Source of the DNA: the human T2T-CHM13v2.0 reference genome, Homo sapiens
Assembly (NCBI RefSeq): GCF_009914755.1
Contig: NC_060929.1
Strand: one strand, 5' to 3'
DNA length: 64,000 nt
Both the position numbers and the translations under genes were made by a program. The notes under the pieces were generated by a model. That model was given only the letters and a program-made list of their open reading frames with translations. It did not search any database and had not been told where the DNA came from. Shown in pieces: positions 1-17,095 of this stretch (position 1 is the stretch's first letter; each line of letters begins with the position of its first letter).

Positions 1-167
1 TAACATCTGCAGGAACTGAGTATTTGAACTCAATAACTTTTAAAATGTATAATTTATTTATAATTATCATGATATATTTATTATAGAAAAATGTAAACAT
101 AACTATAAGGAAGATAATTAAAGCTACCCATACCAACCAAAGTAAAATCTGGGCATAAAACTTTCCA

Positions 168-300
168 GTGTGTGTATGTGTGTGGGTGGGCGGTGGAGAA
201 AGAGAGAAGGGGAGGGAGAGAAAGAGAGAGAAAGAAGACGAGAGGAGAGGAGAGGAAAGAGAAATAAAGAGGCAAAGAGAGGCAGAAAGAGAGATAAAGA
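168..300. repeat. (TG)n followed by GA-rich low-complexity tract
   Basis: gtgtgtgtatgtgtgtg, then a purine-rich GAGA/GAAA run; the ORFs here are compositional artefacts. Confidence 0.85.
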
Positions 301-377
301 GATTTAGTTTCTTATATTGTCTATATCGCAACAATATATATTTTCTTACAACATTACATCGTTTTTGAACACAAAAA

Positions 378-769
378 TGTATTAGTTTTCTAGGGCTGCC
401 ATAACAAAATATCACAGACTGGGTGGCTCTTAAATAAGTGAAATTTATTTCTCACAGTCCTGGAGGCTGGAAGTACAAGATCCACTTGTTAGTAGGTTTG
501 GTTTCTTCTTAGTACTCTCTCCTTGGATTGTAGACTGCCAAATTCTCATTGTGTCCTCAATGACCTTTTTTATCTGTGCATGTACACATGCCCCTGACAT
601 TTCTTCCTCTTCTTGTAAGTGTGCCAGTTCTATTTGGTTAGGGCCCTATCCTTCTAAGTTCATTTAACCTTTAATACCTCTTTAAAGCCCTTATCACGAC
701 TTACAGTCATCTTGGGGGGTTAGGGCTTCAACATATGAATTTTGGGGGAACACAATTCAGTCCAGAACA
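378..769 (-). mobile_element. MLT1 (ERVL-MaLR) solo LTR
   Basis: Begins TGTATTAGTTTTCTAGGGCTGCCATAACAAAATA and ends TTTTGGGGGAACACAATTCAGTCCAGAACA, matching reverse-complemented MLT1 termini. Confidence 0.8.
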
Positions 770-844
770 CATGACTTTAAAAGTTCACATCATAGTTTAT
801 CATCTGTGTCTCCTATATTTAAATAATTATGCTGATTTTGAGTA

Positions 845-2402
845 ATTAGATTTATTTTTCATTGACAAATAATAATTGTGTATTTTTACATGTGCACACA
901 TACACAAATATACAAATACACAAATTACACAAATACAATGTGATGTTTATATATAAATATATAATATATATATGTACATGCATTGTGGATTATATCATGA
1001 TAATTAACCTATCTACCATCTCCCATACTTATTATTTTTGTGCTGAGAACATTTAAATCTTCTCTTTTGACAATTTTGAAATATATGATATATTATAATT
1101 AAATATGGTCATCATTCTGTGCAATAGACCTCAAAAACCTATCCCTCCTGTAGAACTAAAACTTTGTAATCTTTGGCCAACATCTCTCAATTCCCTGCCC
1201 TCCCCACCGGCAACTCTGGTAACCATTTTACTCTGTAATTCTGTGAGTTCAACTTTCTAGATTCCACATATAAGTGAGATCGTGCGGTATTTGTCTTTCT
1301 ATGCCAGACTTACTTTACTTAACATAATAACCTCCAGGTTCATCCATTTTATTGCAAATGTAGAGATTTCCTCTTTTTAAAAGCTGAATAGTCTTTCATT
1401 GTGTGTATATGTATGCCACATTTTCTCTATCCATTCATCCGTTGATGAACACTCAGGTTGATTCCATATCTTGGCTATTGTGAATAATGCTGCAATGAAC
1501 ATAGGAAGGCAGCTATCTCTTCAACATACAAATTTTATTTTCTTTGGCTATATACTTAGAAGTAGGATTGCTGTATCATATGGTATTTCTATTTTAAATT
1601 TTTTAAGGAACCTCCATGATATGGTTTGGCTCTGTGTCCCCACCCATTTCTCATCTTGAATTGTACTCCCATAATTCCCATGTGTTGTAGGAGGGACCCT
1701 GTGGGAGATAATTGATTCATGGGGGTGGTTTCCTCAGTTCACGTGGAAGTGAATAAGTCTCATGAGATCTGATGGTTTTATCAGAGGTTTCTGCTTTTGT
1801 GTTTTCCTCATTGTCTCTTTGCCTGCTGCCATCCCTGTAAGATGGGAATTGCTTTTCCTTGCCTTTGGCCGTGATTGTGAGGGTTCCCCAGCCACGTGGA
1901 ACTGTAAGTCCAATTAAGCCTCTTTCTTTTGTACATTGCCCAGTCTCAGGTGTGTCTTTACCAGCAGTGTGAAAGTGGACGAATACACTCCATATTGTTT
2001 TCCCACCAACAGTGTACAAAGGTTCCCTTTTCTCTGTATCTTCACCAATGCTTGTTATAATATCATTCCTCCTTTTGATAATAGCCATTCTAGCATGTGT
2101 GAAGTGATATCCCGTTGTGGTTTTAATTTGTATTTCCCTGATGATTAGTGATATTGAGTATTTTTTTCATAAACTTGTTGTCTATTTATATGTCTTTTTC
2201 TTAAAAGAAATTTCTATTCAGGTCTTTTTCTTATTTTTTAATTGGGGTTTTTCCTTGCTATTGAGTTGTTTGAATTCCTTATATATTTTGGATATTAATC
2301 CCTTATCAGATTTATCCTTTGCAAATATTTTATTCCAGTCTGTGGGTTCTCTCTTCACTTTATTAATTGTTTTCTTTGCTCTGCAGAGGCTTTTTAGTTT
2401 GA
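845..2402 (-). mobile_element. Old L1 (L1MA/L1MB-like) 3' end, interrupted by a THE1 LTR
   Basis: L1 3'UTR and ORF2 C-terminal motifs (GATTCCACATATAAGTGAGATC, TTGGCTATTGTGAATAATGCTGC). Minus-strand ORF gives [27 protein letters not shown], an ORF2 remnant. Confidence 0.85.
1617..1987 (+). mobile_element. THE1 (MaLR) solo LTR with 5-bp TSD CTCCA
   Basis: TGATATGGTTTGGCTCTGTGTCCCC...GGACGAATACA, flanked by CTCCA at 1612-1616 and 1988-1992. Confidence 0.92.
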
Positions 2403-2421
2403 GGATGATTAGAATTTTTGA

Positions 2422-2775
<354 letters not shown>

Positions 2776-2879
2776 TATCTGCATCTTATATATGCATCTT
2801 ATCAACATCTTTGATAATTTTCCTAGTTTAAGTTACTAGAAGTAAAATTATTTGATCAGAAGACCAACAGTTTAAGCCC

Positions 2880-2917
2880 CTCTCTCTCTCTCCACACACA
2901 CACACACACACACACAC
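2880..2917. repeat. (CT)n(CA)n compound microsatellite
   Basis: Seen directly. Confidence 0.95.
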
Positions 2918-3010
2918 GGTGTTCAAAAAGTTCATGAAAAATGTGTATTGTGAAAAAAACTGTAAATAGAATTCAAAAATTTTTGCACCAAAGTGAACTC
3001 ATACTAGCTT

Positions 3011-3297
3011 TTTTTTTTTTTGAGACTGAGTCTCTGTCTGTCCCCCAGGCTGCAGTGCAGTGGCGCGATTTTGGTTCACTGCAAGCTCTGCCTCCTGGCT
3101 TCACTGCCATTCTCCTGCCTCAGCCTCCTGCGTAGCTGGGACTCCAGGTGTCTGCCACCATACCCAGCTAATTTCTTTTTGTATAGAGACGGGTTTCGCT
3201 GTGTTAGCCAGGATGGTCTCAATCCCTGACCTCGTGATCTGCCCGCCTCGGCCTCCCAAAGTGCTGGGATTACAGGCGTGAGCCACCAGGCCCGGCC
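3011..3297 (-). mobile_element. AluY inserted in the Hsmar2 5' non-coding region
   Basis: Alu dimer with a small linker deletion. TSD AACTCATACTA(G/A)CTT at 2996-3010 and 3298-3312. Confidence 0.9.
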
Positions 3298-3395
3298 AAC
3301 TCATACTAACTTTTATAACATGTCTGAAGAGGATTTAGTTTGAGGCACTAAGAAGGATGATACATCAGTTTGAAAAGAGCCCCTATCAGAGCAGC

Positions 3396-4445
3396 ATGGA
3401 TTCTGCTAAAATTGAAGCAAGAACAAACATTGAATGTATGGTGAAGTTTGGGTAGAAGGATGATGAAGTAATTAATGCTTCATGAAAAGTTTATGGATAC
3501 AATACCCCAAAGAAATAAATCCAGTTTACAAATGGATAACGCATTTTAAGAGACGAGATGCTGTTGAAGATGAAGCCCACATCAGCCCACCATGTATATC
3601 AATTTGAGAGGAAAAGAAATCAATTTTGTTTGTGTCCTAATTGAAGAGGATTAATGATTAATAGCAGAAACAATAGCTAATGCCACAGATATGTCCATTG
3701 GTTCAATTTACACAATTCTGACAGAAAAATTAAAGTTCAGAAAACTTTCCACTCAGTGGGTACCAAAACCACTGAATGCAAATCAGCTACAGACAAGAGC
3801 AGAGCTTTCAATAGAAATTAAAAGTGTGATTAAGATCCTGAAGCAATTATTTGAATAATTGTAACAGGAGATGGAATGTGGCTTTACCAGTATGATCCTG
3901 AAGACAAAGCACAATCAAACCACTGGCTACCAAGAGGCAAAAGTGGTCCAGTCAAAGCAAAAGTTGATCAGTTAAGAACAAAGATGATGGCAACAGTTTT
4001 TTTTGATGATCAAAGCATTTTGCTTGACTTTTTAAAGGGCCAAAGAATGATAATATCTGCTTATTATGAGAGTTTTTGAGAAAGCCACAGCTTTAGCAGA
4101 AGAATGCCTGGGAAGTCTTCACCACAGAGTCCTTCTCCACCATGACAAGGATCTTGCTCATTCCTCTCATCACACAAGGGTTATTTTCTGAGAGTTTTTA
4201 TGGGAAATCATTAGGCATCTACCTAACAGCCCTGATTTGGCTCCTTCTGACTTCTTTTTGTTTCCTAATCCTAAAAAATATTTGTCTTTGGCACCCATTT
4301 TTTTTCTTCAGTTAATAATGTAAAGAAGACTGTGTTAACATGGTTACATTTCTACATCCCTCATTTCTTTAGGGATGGACTGAATGCCTGGTATTATTGC
4401 TTACAAAAGTGTCTTGCTTTTGAAGGAGTTTATGTTGAGAAATAA
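3396..4445 (+). pseudogene. Hsmar2 transposase pseudogene (multiple stops and frameshifts)
   Basis: ATG GAT TCT GCT AAA ATT GAA GCA AGA (MDSAKIEAR) start. ORF 3876-4079 WLYQYDPEDKAQS...KMMATVF is the mariner catalytic-domain start. Ends GTTGAGAAATAA. Confidence 0.88.
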
Positions 4446-4544
4446 AGTGTATATGTTAATTTTATATTTTAATTTTATTTTCCATGAACTTTTTGAGAAC
4501 TTGGTTTTTCACTTCCTTTTCTTTTATAATTAAAGTGTTTTTTA

Positions 4545-4957
4545 ATTAATTTAATATTTTAATTTTAGGTTCAGGGGTACATGTCCATGTTTGTTATACA
4601 GGTAAACTCATGAGTTGGGGGTTGGTGTACAGATTATTTTATAACTCGGGTACTAACCATATTACTGGAGATGTTTTTGGTTTTTTTTTCTGAACTTCTG
4701 TCTCCTCCCACCCTCTATCTTCAGGCTCTGGTGTTTGTTCTTCCCCTCTTTCTGTCCATTTACCTCCCCGTTATAACTGAAAACATGCAGGATTTGGTTT
4801 TCTGTTCCTGTATTAGTTTGCTAAGGATAATGTCCTCCAGTGCCATCCATGTTCCTGCAAAGAACATGAGCTTGTTCTTCATTTTTGGCGGCTTAGTATC
4901 CCATGGTATATATGTTAAAAATACATTTGCATTCTTATATTTACCACATTTCTTTCT
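4545..4957 (-). mobile_element. L1PA/L1PB 3'-end fragment
   Basis: TTCAGGGGTACATGT...GGTGTACAGATTATTT...TTTGCTAAGGATAATG, typical of older primate L1 3'UTRs. Confidence 0.8.
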
Positions 4958-4994
4958 ACAGATCTAGGTTTTAATTAGATCTAAGTTTTAATTA

Positions 4995-7900
4995 GATAAT
5001 ATTTCTCTTCAGCCTGAAGTACATTTTAAGCATTTTCTGTGGTGCAGTATACCAGAGAGAAATTTTCTCAGGATTTGTCTCTAAATATTTATATTTTGAA
5101 TTCATTTTTAAAGGATTATTTTTCTAGACATAGAGTTATATTTGACATTTCTTGACACTTGTAGATATCTTTCTATTGTCTTTTGGCTTATGTTGTTGCT
5201 CATAAGTTTATTATTCTGACTGTAGTTCACCAGTAGGTAATGTATCTATTTTTTTCTGAAGGCTTTTAAGACATTATTTTTTTCTGTTTATCTTTAGTTT
5301 CACAGCATGTTGACTGTGATATACCTAAACATCCTATTTATATCCTGTTCTGGCCTGTGATCCCTTTTGAGTTAATTTTTGTATAAGATGTAAGGTATGG
5401 GTCAAAATACATTTATTTCTGCATATGGATGTCCAATGATTTTAAGACCATTTGTTGAAAAACTATTCATTCCCTATTACATTATCTTATTTCGTTTGTC
5501 AAAAATAAATTTCCAATATATATGTGTGTGTCTATTTCTGGAGTTTTGATTATGTTTTATTGATTGTGTGTTATTTATGTATATTAACTGTGTATTTATT
5601 GTTTTACAATAGGATGCTTTCTTGATTACTATAGCTTTATATAAAACCTTAATATTAGGTAGTGTGAGTTTCCAGCTTCCTACTTCCTTTTCAACATTTT
5701 GTTTATACTAAATTATTTCATTTACATTTACATTTTAGAATGACTGGGATTTCACGTGCATTAAAGCTATTAGTGTATTTTTTTAAATTTGGATTGCATT
5801 AAAGCTATAGCCCAATTTGTGGAGAAATAACATCTTAAAAAGTTTTAGTCTTAAATCCATGAATATGGTGTGTTTTTCCATTTATTTAGGTCTTCTTTAA
5901 GATTATTCAGTGATATTTTACATGTCTTAGTATGCAAATCTTGCACATATTTTGCTAGACTTATTTCTAAGTGCTTCATATTTTGATACAATATTAAATT
6001 ATATCGATCTACTTTTTGATATCAATTCCTAAGTTTTTTGTTCATGGTATATAGAAACACAAAAATATTTGTACATTAACTTTGAATCTTGCAAGTTTGC
6101 TAATTTTACTTGCTGACTTTGGAAAAAAATTATAGGTTATTTGGTTATTTGGAACTTTCTACACAAATGTTCATGTTGTCTATGTATAAATAGTGATTTA
6201 ATTACTTCTTTCTAATATGAATGCTTTGTATTTATTTTTCTTTCCTATTACATTTGTAGGACTATCATGACAAAATGGAATAGATATGCTAAGAAAGTTC
6301 TTGTTTTATTCCTGATCTAAAAGAGAAATAATTCAGTTTTTTACCTTGAAGTATGATTGTTAGCTATTGGATATTTGTACATTACTTGTATCAAGTTGAA
6401 GAAGTATTATTTATTTATTTATTTATTTATTTTAGATTCAGAGGATACATGCACATGTTTCTTCCATGGGTATATTGCATAATGGTAGAGATTGGGCTTC
6501 TTTTGTACTCATCACCCATGTATTGAATATTGTACCCAACACGTAATTTTTCGGCTCTCAATCCCCTCCCATCTTCTCCACTTTTGGAGTCCCTAGTGTC
6601 TACTATTTCCATCTTTCTGTTTTTGCATACTTATTGTTTAGCTCCCACTTAAAGGTGAAAACATGAAATTTGATTTTCTGTTTCCAAATTAGTTCATTTA
6701 GGATAATGGCCTCTAGCTCCATCCATGTTGCTGTAAAGGACGTGATTTCATTCAAGTTGAGGAAATAGTTTATATTCCTAATTTGCAGACAGACTTTTAA
6801 CATAAGGTGGAGGTGAATTATGCAAAATACTATTTTCTACATCGATTGAGATAATCATATGGTTTTTAGCATGGTTGATATAATAAATTACATTGATTTG
6901 ATTTCAAATATTGAGCAATTTTTTTTTATCTTGGAAAAGATCTCATTCATTTGTGTTATGTCACTTTTGTTATATGTTGTTGGATTTATTTTTATAAGTT
7001 TTATTAAAATGTGTATATGTTTATGAGAGATATTGGTGTGTAATTTCCTTTACTTATAATATTTGGTTTTGGTAAGAAGGTAATGCTGACCTCATAAAAT
7101 GAGTTGAAAAGTGCTTCTTGCTCTTTAATTTTCTGGAAAATTTTGTGGAGAACCATCATTGTTTTTTCCTTAAATGTAGAATTCACTAGTAAATCCAACT
7201 GGCCATGGAGTTTTCTTTGTGAATTTCGTATCTTTAATATATGCAGAGCTATCAAGGCTATTTTTAAGTGAAGTTTGGTACTGTATATCTTTACAGAGAT
7301 TTGTCCATTTCACTGATGGGCATATGCATATTTATAACATTCCCTTAATATCTTTTTAAATATATGTAAGATCTATGTGATATTCCCTCTTTCATTCCTG
7401 ATACTAGTAATTTGAATCTTCTGTCTTTTTATCCTTGGTCAGTCTTGCTAGAAATTTATGATTTTTATTGATCTTTTTAAAGAATCAGCTTTTAGATTCA
7501 TAGATTTTTCTCTTTTGCTTTTCTGTTTTTTATTTCACTGATTTTTGCTCAGAGTTATTGACTTCTTTCCACTAAGTTTGGGTTTGTTCTGCTCTTCTTT
7601 TTCTAGTTTAAGATGGAAATTACATCATTGAGTTCTCTTGTTCATCTAAGTTAACTATTTAAAGTCATAAAGTTTCTTCTAATCACTGCTAAAGCTTCAT
7701 CCTATATATATTTATATGTAGTGGTTTTGTTTTCATTCAATTCAAAATATTTTTAACTTTCTCTTCAGATTTCTTTTTTGACTCATAAGGTTTTCATTTG
7801 TAATTTTTTTACAACTCTTTTGCTTAATTTTATCACGATAATTTTGAAATCTCTTTCTGTTAATGTAACTATTTGGGCCATTTTGCCACCTCCTTCTTGG

Positions 7901-8760
7901 GACTATATTCCTCTGTTTACCATGTGTTAACATTTTCTTGATTCTTCACAGGTTTCATAATATTTGATCATATGCCAGTTACTAGTTTTATGATACATTT
8001 TGACATATGCCAACCAGTAAGTATTATTAACCCCCTGAAAAGGGCATACCTCGTTGGTCATGTTGCCACTGTGGAGGGCTGAATGCTACTAATCTGCAGT
8101 TAAGCTCAGTTGGGGTTGTGTTACAGCTTTAGTTAAATTTAGTTTATTATTGACCTTAAATGGTTTGAGTGTGGAATCAGCACTTATTTTTTCCTGCAGT
8201 GCCTGGGATCTGAGCACTAGCTAGATTTTAGGTATCTCTTTATGCTTTGCATTCTAAATGCCAGATCTCTTTCTGTTTTATAAGCTGATTGACAACTTTA
8301 TGGATCACTGGGGAGTTGTCTTGTTTTTGTTTTTGTTGTTTTCCTGTGCAGTCCTTCCTAGCTTTTTGGGTCCTGAAAGACTCTGTCAACCTGGCTCCTC
8401 TGACCCAGCATTCAGCACTGATGCTTCAGCATCAGTGAAGGTGCAGCATGCCTTTGAGAGACTTCACTCCTTCTTCTGCCTGCCCTCAACCTTCAGCGGG
8501 CTATTGCTGGGTGTTCTGTGAATGTGTGGGGTGCCTGGTCAGGGAGGAGTTCTCTTAGTTTTCTAGCTCTACTTTCTGCCTTCAGCCCATAGCAGCGAAT
8601 TCTTATAGTAATGTGGAGGAATTTCCCCTCAACTCTCCTGTTCCACCAATAGGCTTCAACGCACCTCTCCCATGGCCGTCTTTAGGCTTTCAGGAGTGTT
8701 ATTGGGTGGGTGTAGGCTTGTTCTGTGACTGGGGACCCTTGGGATTCTAATCCCATGCAG
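4995..8760 (-). mobile_element. Ancient L1M fragments (ORF2 remnants and probable 5' region)
   Basis: Degenerate ORF2 peptides, e.g. ORF 7004-7255 LHKIFQKIKEQEALFNSFYEVSITFLPKP...YTPISLINI. Boundaries approximate. Confidence 0.7.
6407..6751 (-). mobile_element. 5'-truncated L1PB-like 3' end nested in older L1
   Basis: (TTTA)n tail and L1 3'UTR. Diverged TSD TCAAGTTGA(A/G)GAA(G/A)TA at 6391-6406 and 6752-6767. Confidence 0.8.
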
Positions 8761-11700
8761 GGACTGTGTAGCCGAGGTATGAGGCCAGTTCTCCCCAGGG
8801 GACTTTTATTGGCTCTGAGTGTCAAGCTTGATTCCTCAAAGGGAAACACACCCTTGCAGTCAAAGACTTGCTAAAATAACCAGTTTTTCTAATTGTGTCC
8901 TGTTGAAGAAGGAAAATAGATTCTTATTCCACTGATGCAAACAACTATATTGCCATAAGTTAAAGTGCTCACTGACAGTTTCCAAATTCTAGAGGAACTA
9001 GGCAGAGAGAAACAAACATGCTCCAATTTGTTCACAGGAGTATACCTTACTCAATTATTGAAGGCCATAAGTAGTTCAAAATAAATTTTCTTGACTCTGA
9101 AAAACAAAACAAGGATCAGCAATATTCCAAGTAAGAGTCAAAAAGGTTGCTTTAACTTTCTGCATGTAGTCCATTTAGTTAACACTTGTTTTGCTTGATG
9201 GTTGTAAATATTTCAGTTCTTCATGAGTCCCATACATTCTTTCTCTATCCCAATGTTACAACCTTCAAAGCTATTAACAACCTGTTAAAGTCCTAATATA
9301 GCTTTATTATCTTTTCAGAAGGAACAAAGCAAGACAACAATGGTCTACAAATGACAAAGTTTACTGGGCAGTTATAGCTAAAAACATGACTGACGAAGTT
9401 TAGTTATCTCCGTGGTTTACAATAACTTCACCCTTAATTATGATTGTAGTAAATACTCAGACATTAGAATTTTAGAAATCCATACAATTTTGGAACATAT
9501 ATTAGTATTATTCACCAAAATAAAACTTAAAGAAGATTGGACATACTTTGGCAATCTCATGTGACTAAACATGTTGAATAATCCCATTCACCTCTTTTCT
9601 GAATGTTTCAGGGACCCCTTGAACCATCCAGAAAGCCAGGCATCAGGAAAGACAATTTTGAAACTTGAAGTTTGATTTTAGGATGCCTGTTAAATGTTGG
9701 AGGTTTAAAACACTTCGTGTTATGAAATAGAAATCCAAATTGTCACAAATTATTTATTTTGCCAAAATGATGACTCAAAAGGCAAAGACCTCTTATTAGC
9801 CTTTATTATTACACAAAAATCCTGTTCAAAGCCAAATTTTACCCTTGCATTAGTTTACTAATGTTAACCCCAATTTGGTTAAATGAAACCTTATAGACGA
9901 TTCCATCTATTCTTAACCAATTTGACCATGAGGTAAAATCTTTACAAACACTTTATAACCCCTTTTGCTAAAGGGCAGATTAGTGTCTTAAGACAACCTT
10001 GCTGTGCTTTTACTTTAATGCTCAGTTTATGGAAAGACCATATAATACCCTTTTGAATTTAATGTTTACACATTTTTGGCAAGATTAATTTTTACAATCT
10101 TTCCACAACTTTTTAGCTTCATCATATCAAATTTAAGATAATCCTTCATCCCTGGGCAAAATTTACATTTCCATGCTTTCTTATATTCTTTTACTATAAG
10201 ACACATTTTACTGTTTTTATATGCCTTGCATATAACACTGTTTAGTGATCTCAAATACATGTTGCACTGTAACTCTTAGCAACTTTTACTTTTGGTGAAA
10301 AACCTGGTTAGTAAATGATTTTAAATACGTAGCAGGTATGAAGCTTAGGACCCAGACAGAAGTACAAGTAAGGTCTGACCCGCTCCAGTGTCTAGCTCCA
10401 CATGTCCCAGGCCTTACCTACCTTTAAAGAAGACAGTATACAACCTTGGAATCTTTAGCAAACCTAGTATCTAAGTTGTATGATTTAGATCACCTATTTG
10501 CATTTTGATGACACTTGCATTTTACCAATAATTCTTAAGACTATTTCTATTTCTTAGTGATTAAAGTCACATGAACTAAAAAAATTTGATTTAAGCACTT
10601 ATTTTTCTTTAAGCCAATCAATTAGAGCTCTTTTCATAGACATAACGCACAACACATATATACATACATCTATATCTATATCTATATATCTATATCTATA
10701 TCTATAAACACACACACAAAAGAAAAAAAGATTCAGCACTTGTATAAGATTTTTCACTTGCCAGTTTCTTAATTGTATTATTGGCTTTAGGGTGGAGCCC
10801 TTGGAGGAACAGGGCCAGGTAGCGTGCATTTTTAGGGCCTAATAAGCAGACACAGCTTAAAGCAAAGACAGATCTCTAAAATTAAGGGTGCCATTTTATA
10901 CTGATTTTAGATCCTCAAAAGGAGGAAGATGCTATGGCAGAAGACAGTGCAGTGCTTCTACTTTCTACCATGTATTTCATTGCAAGGCAACCCAAAGCCT
11001 ATCGGCTTATTTTGTAATCATCCTATACCCCATGGGAGTCTAATCTCTCAGTGGCAGGTGGTGATGTTTCTATGTCTTTCAGGTGGTCAAGAACATGCTT
11101 CTCTGATTTATAACTACTATTAAGTATCCCTTAAAGTGCATTTCCTGCCTAGTTATTACACACCAAAGCTCTCTCTTAATGTGAAGTAATTGGATACCCC
11201 CAAAACTCAAAACAGTCGGAAAACACAATGCAAAACAGAAAAGAGCCTTTGATTCTGAGAGGGAGCTATATGCTTTCAATTCCTGGGGTTTCATGAGAAA
11301 AACAGAGGTTTTTTTCCCAACACATGGTCTGTGCCACCTCCTCTGTTTTTCCCAAGGAGTCTCATGCTACCAGAAGTTATCTTAGGGCCTCTCATATGTG
11401 CGTTAAGAGTGGCGAGACAAAAAAATGGAGAAAAAATAATTCAGTTGACTGAGAACAACAACAACAAAAAGCCCTTTTCCAGAAAACAAGATCCAAGAAG
11501 AGAAAAACATGAAGACCTTTTAAATATACCTATAACTTGAATATCTACTTTTAATTAAGCTGAATGCTCTTTAAGAAATTTCCTTTAAATCCTTATTACT
11601 TGACTCTAGCCATGACAAGCAGTTAAGATTTTTGGCTTTTGAATGTCACAACAAGTACCTCACAGGTGAAACCAACAAGCCTTAATTAGGTTATGACTTA

Positions 11701-12685
11701 ACTGCAAGTGTATGAGGTATTTTCAAAGGGGTGATAAACAGCTTTTGAAACTGTCATTGCAAAATTGTGACTGAGAAAGTGAAAGAGATCTGACTCAAAC
11801 AACTTCATTTTATTTCCAGCCACCAAGGTTTCCTTTCCCATCCTTGGGCACAGGCGGAACCAAATTTGGGAGGAGCCTGGTTTACAGTTGCCAGTCAAAA
11901 ACAAAGAAGATAACAGCCCCTTCTTAAGATATATTTCCCTCTTGCCTAGGACCAGACCAAGAAATTAGCCACAAGATTAGAAACCATGGTCTAGGAGTCA
12001 TACAGCTAGAGGCTACAAGATATTGACCCTCCCTAAACTGCTTTCAAGATCAGTGCTTAAATAAGATCAGTGCTTGTAAACCCCACCCTTGATGGATCAA
12101 CTGGCACCACCCAGATTGATAAACTGGCTTATCAGATTTTGTGACCCTCAGTTACGTACTGACTTAGCACAACAAGACAGCCACTATTGTACAATGGTGG
12201 AGACTAAAACAAAGTATTGCCATATGGTTACAGGTCATGTTCCCAAGGACATGAAACAAGATGGAGGCCTGTAGCCAAGTTTATTACTAACCATTTTGTT
12301 GGGCTGGCTTGAACAGTAGGCTTATGGGGCTCTGGATCTGCATCCTAACCTAAGGTACCCTTTCTTTTAACAGAACCATACAGAAAGCAGCACAAAACAC
12401 ACCAGATTGGCTACAGCTTAGAACCAACCTCACAAATCTGTTTTATTAATGAAAACTATGCAGAGAATATAAATAATAATTCTTATTATCCCTTTTACTG
12501 GTTTGCACAGGGAGAGAGAAGACAAAAGCCTGACTGGTAAGAAATTTTTACCCTTTTGCTGGCATGTCACGCTTCTGGGTTGCCTTCCCCCTAGCTCAAC
12601 TCTAAGCCAAACATTTTAAATTTTGGAAAATTAACTTTTCCCCTGTTAGAACAACATTATAAAAGAAGATACAGGAGCCATTTTA
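8761..12685 (-). mobile_element. ERV1 internal sequence (MER4-group; MER61-int/HUERS-P3-like), distal part; no 3' LTR seen
   Basis: AT-rich non-coding sequence of MER4-group internal type. Continuous with 18406-20714 across the L1 TSD. Confidence 0.7.
11746..12182 (+). mobile_element. LTR8-like 5' fragment embedded antisense within the ERV internal region
   Basis: TGAAACTGTCATTGCAAAATTGTGACTGAGAAAGTGAAAGAGATCT...AAATTAGCCACAAGATTAGAAA...GGCACCACCCAGATTGATAAACTGGC resembles the recalled LTR8 consensus; 3' part absent. Confidence 0.7.
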
Positions 12686-12939
12686 TTTTATTTTATTTTT
12701 TTATCTTTTATTTTATTTTATTTTATTTTTTTTAATTATACTTTAAGTTTTAGGGTACATGTGCACATTGTGCAGGTTAGTCACATATGTATACATGTGC
12801 CATGCTGGTGCGCTGCACCCACTAACTCGTCATCTAGCATTAGGTATATCTCCCAATGCTATCCCTCTCCCCTCCCCCCACCCCACAACAGTCCCCAGAG
12901 TGTGATATTCCCCTTCCTGTGTCCATGTGATCTCATTGT

Positions 12940-17095
<4,156 letters not shown>

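Larger units (their letters stand above)
2917..4500 (+). mobile_element. Hsmar2 (HSMAR2) mariner DNA transposon, near full length, both TIRs recognisable
   Basis: Left TIR TTCAAAAAGTTCATG at 2922; right TIR CATGAACTTTTTGA at 4483-4496. Transposase motifs WVPK, TGD, HD and SPDLAPSDF lie between them. Confidence 0.92.

Noticed and set aside
4960-4997. 17-bp tandem repeat AGATCTA(G/A)GTTTTAATT as a regulatory element
   Set aside because: Simple local duplication at a junction between L1 fragments, with no supporting context.
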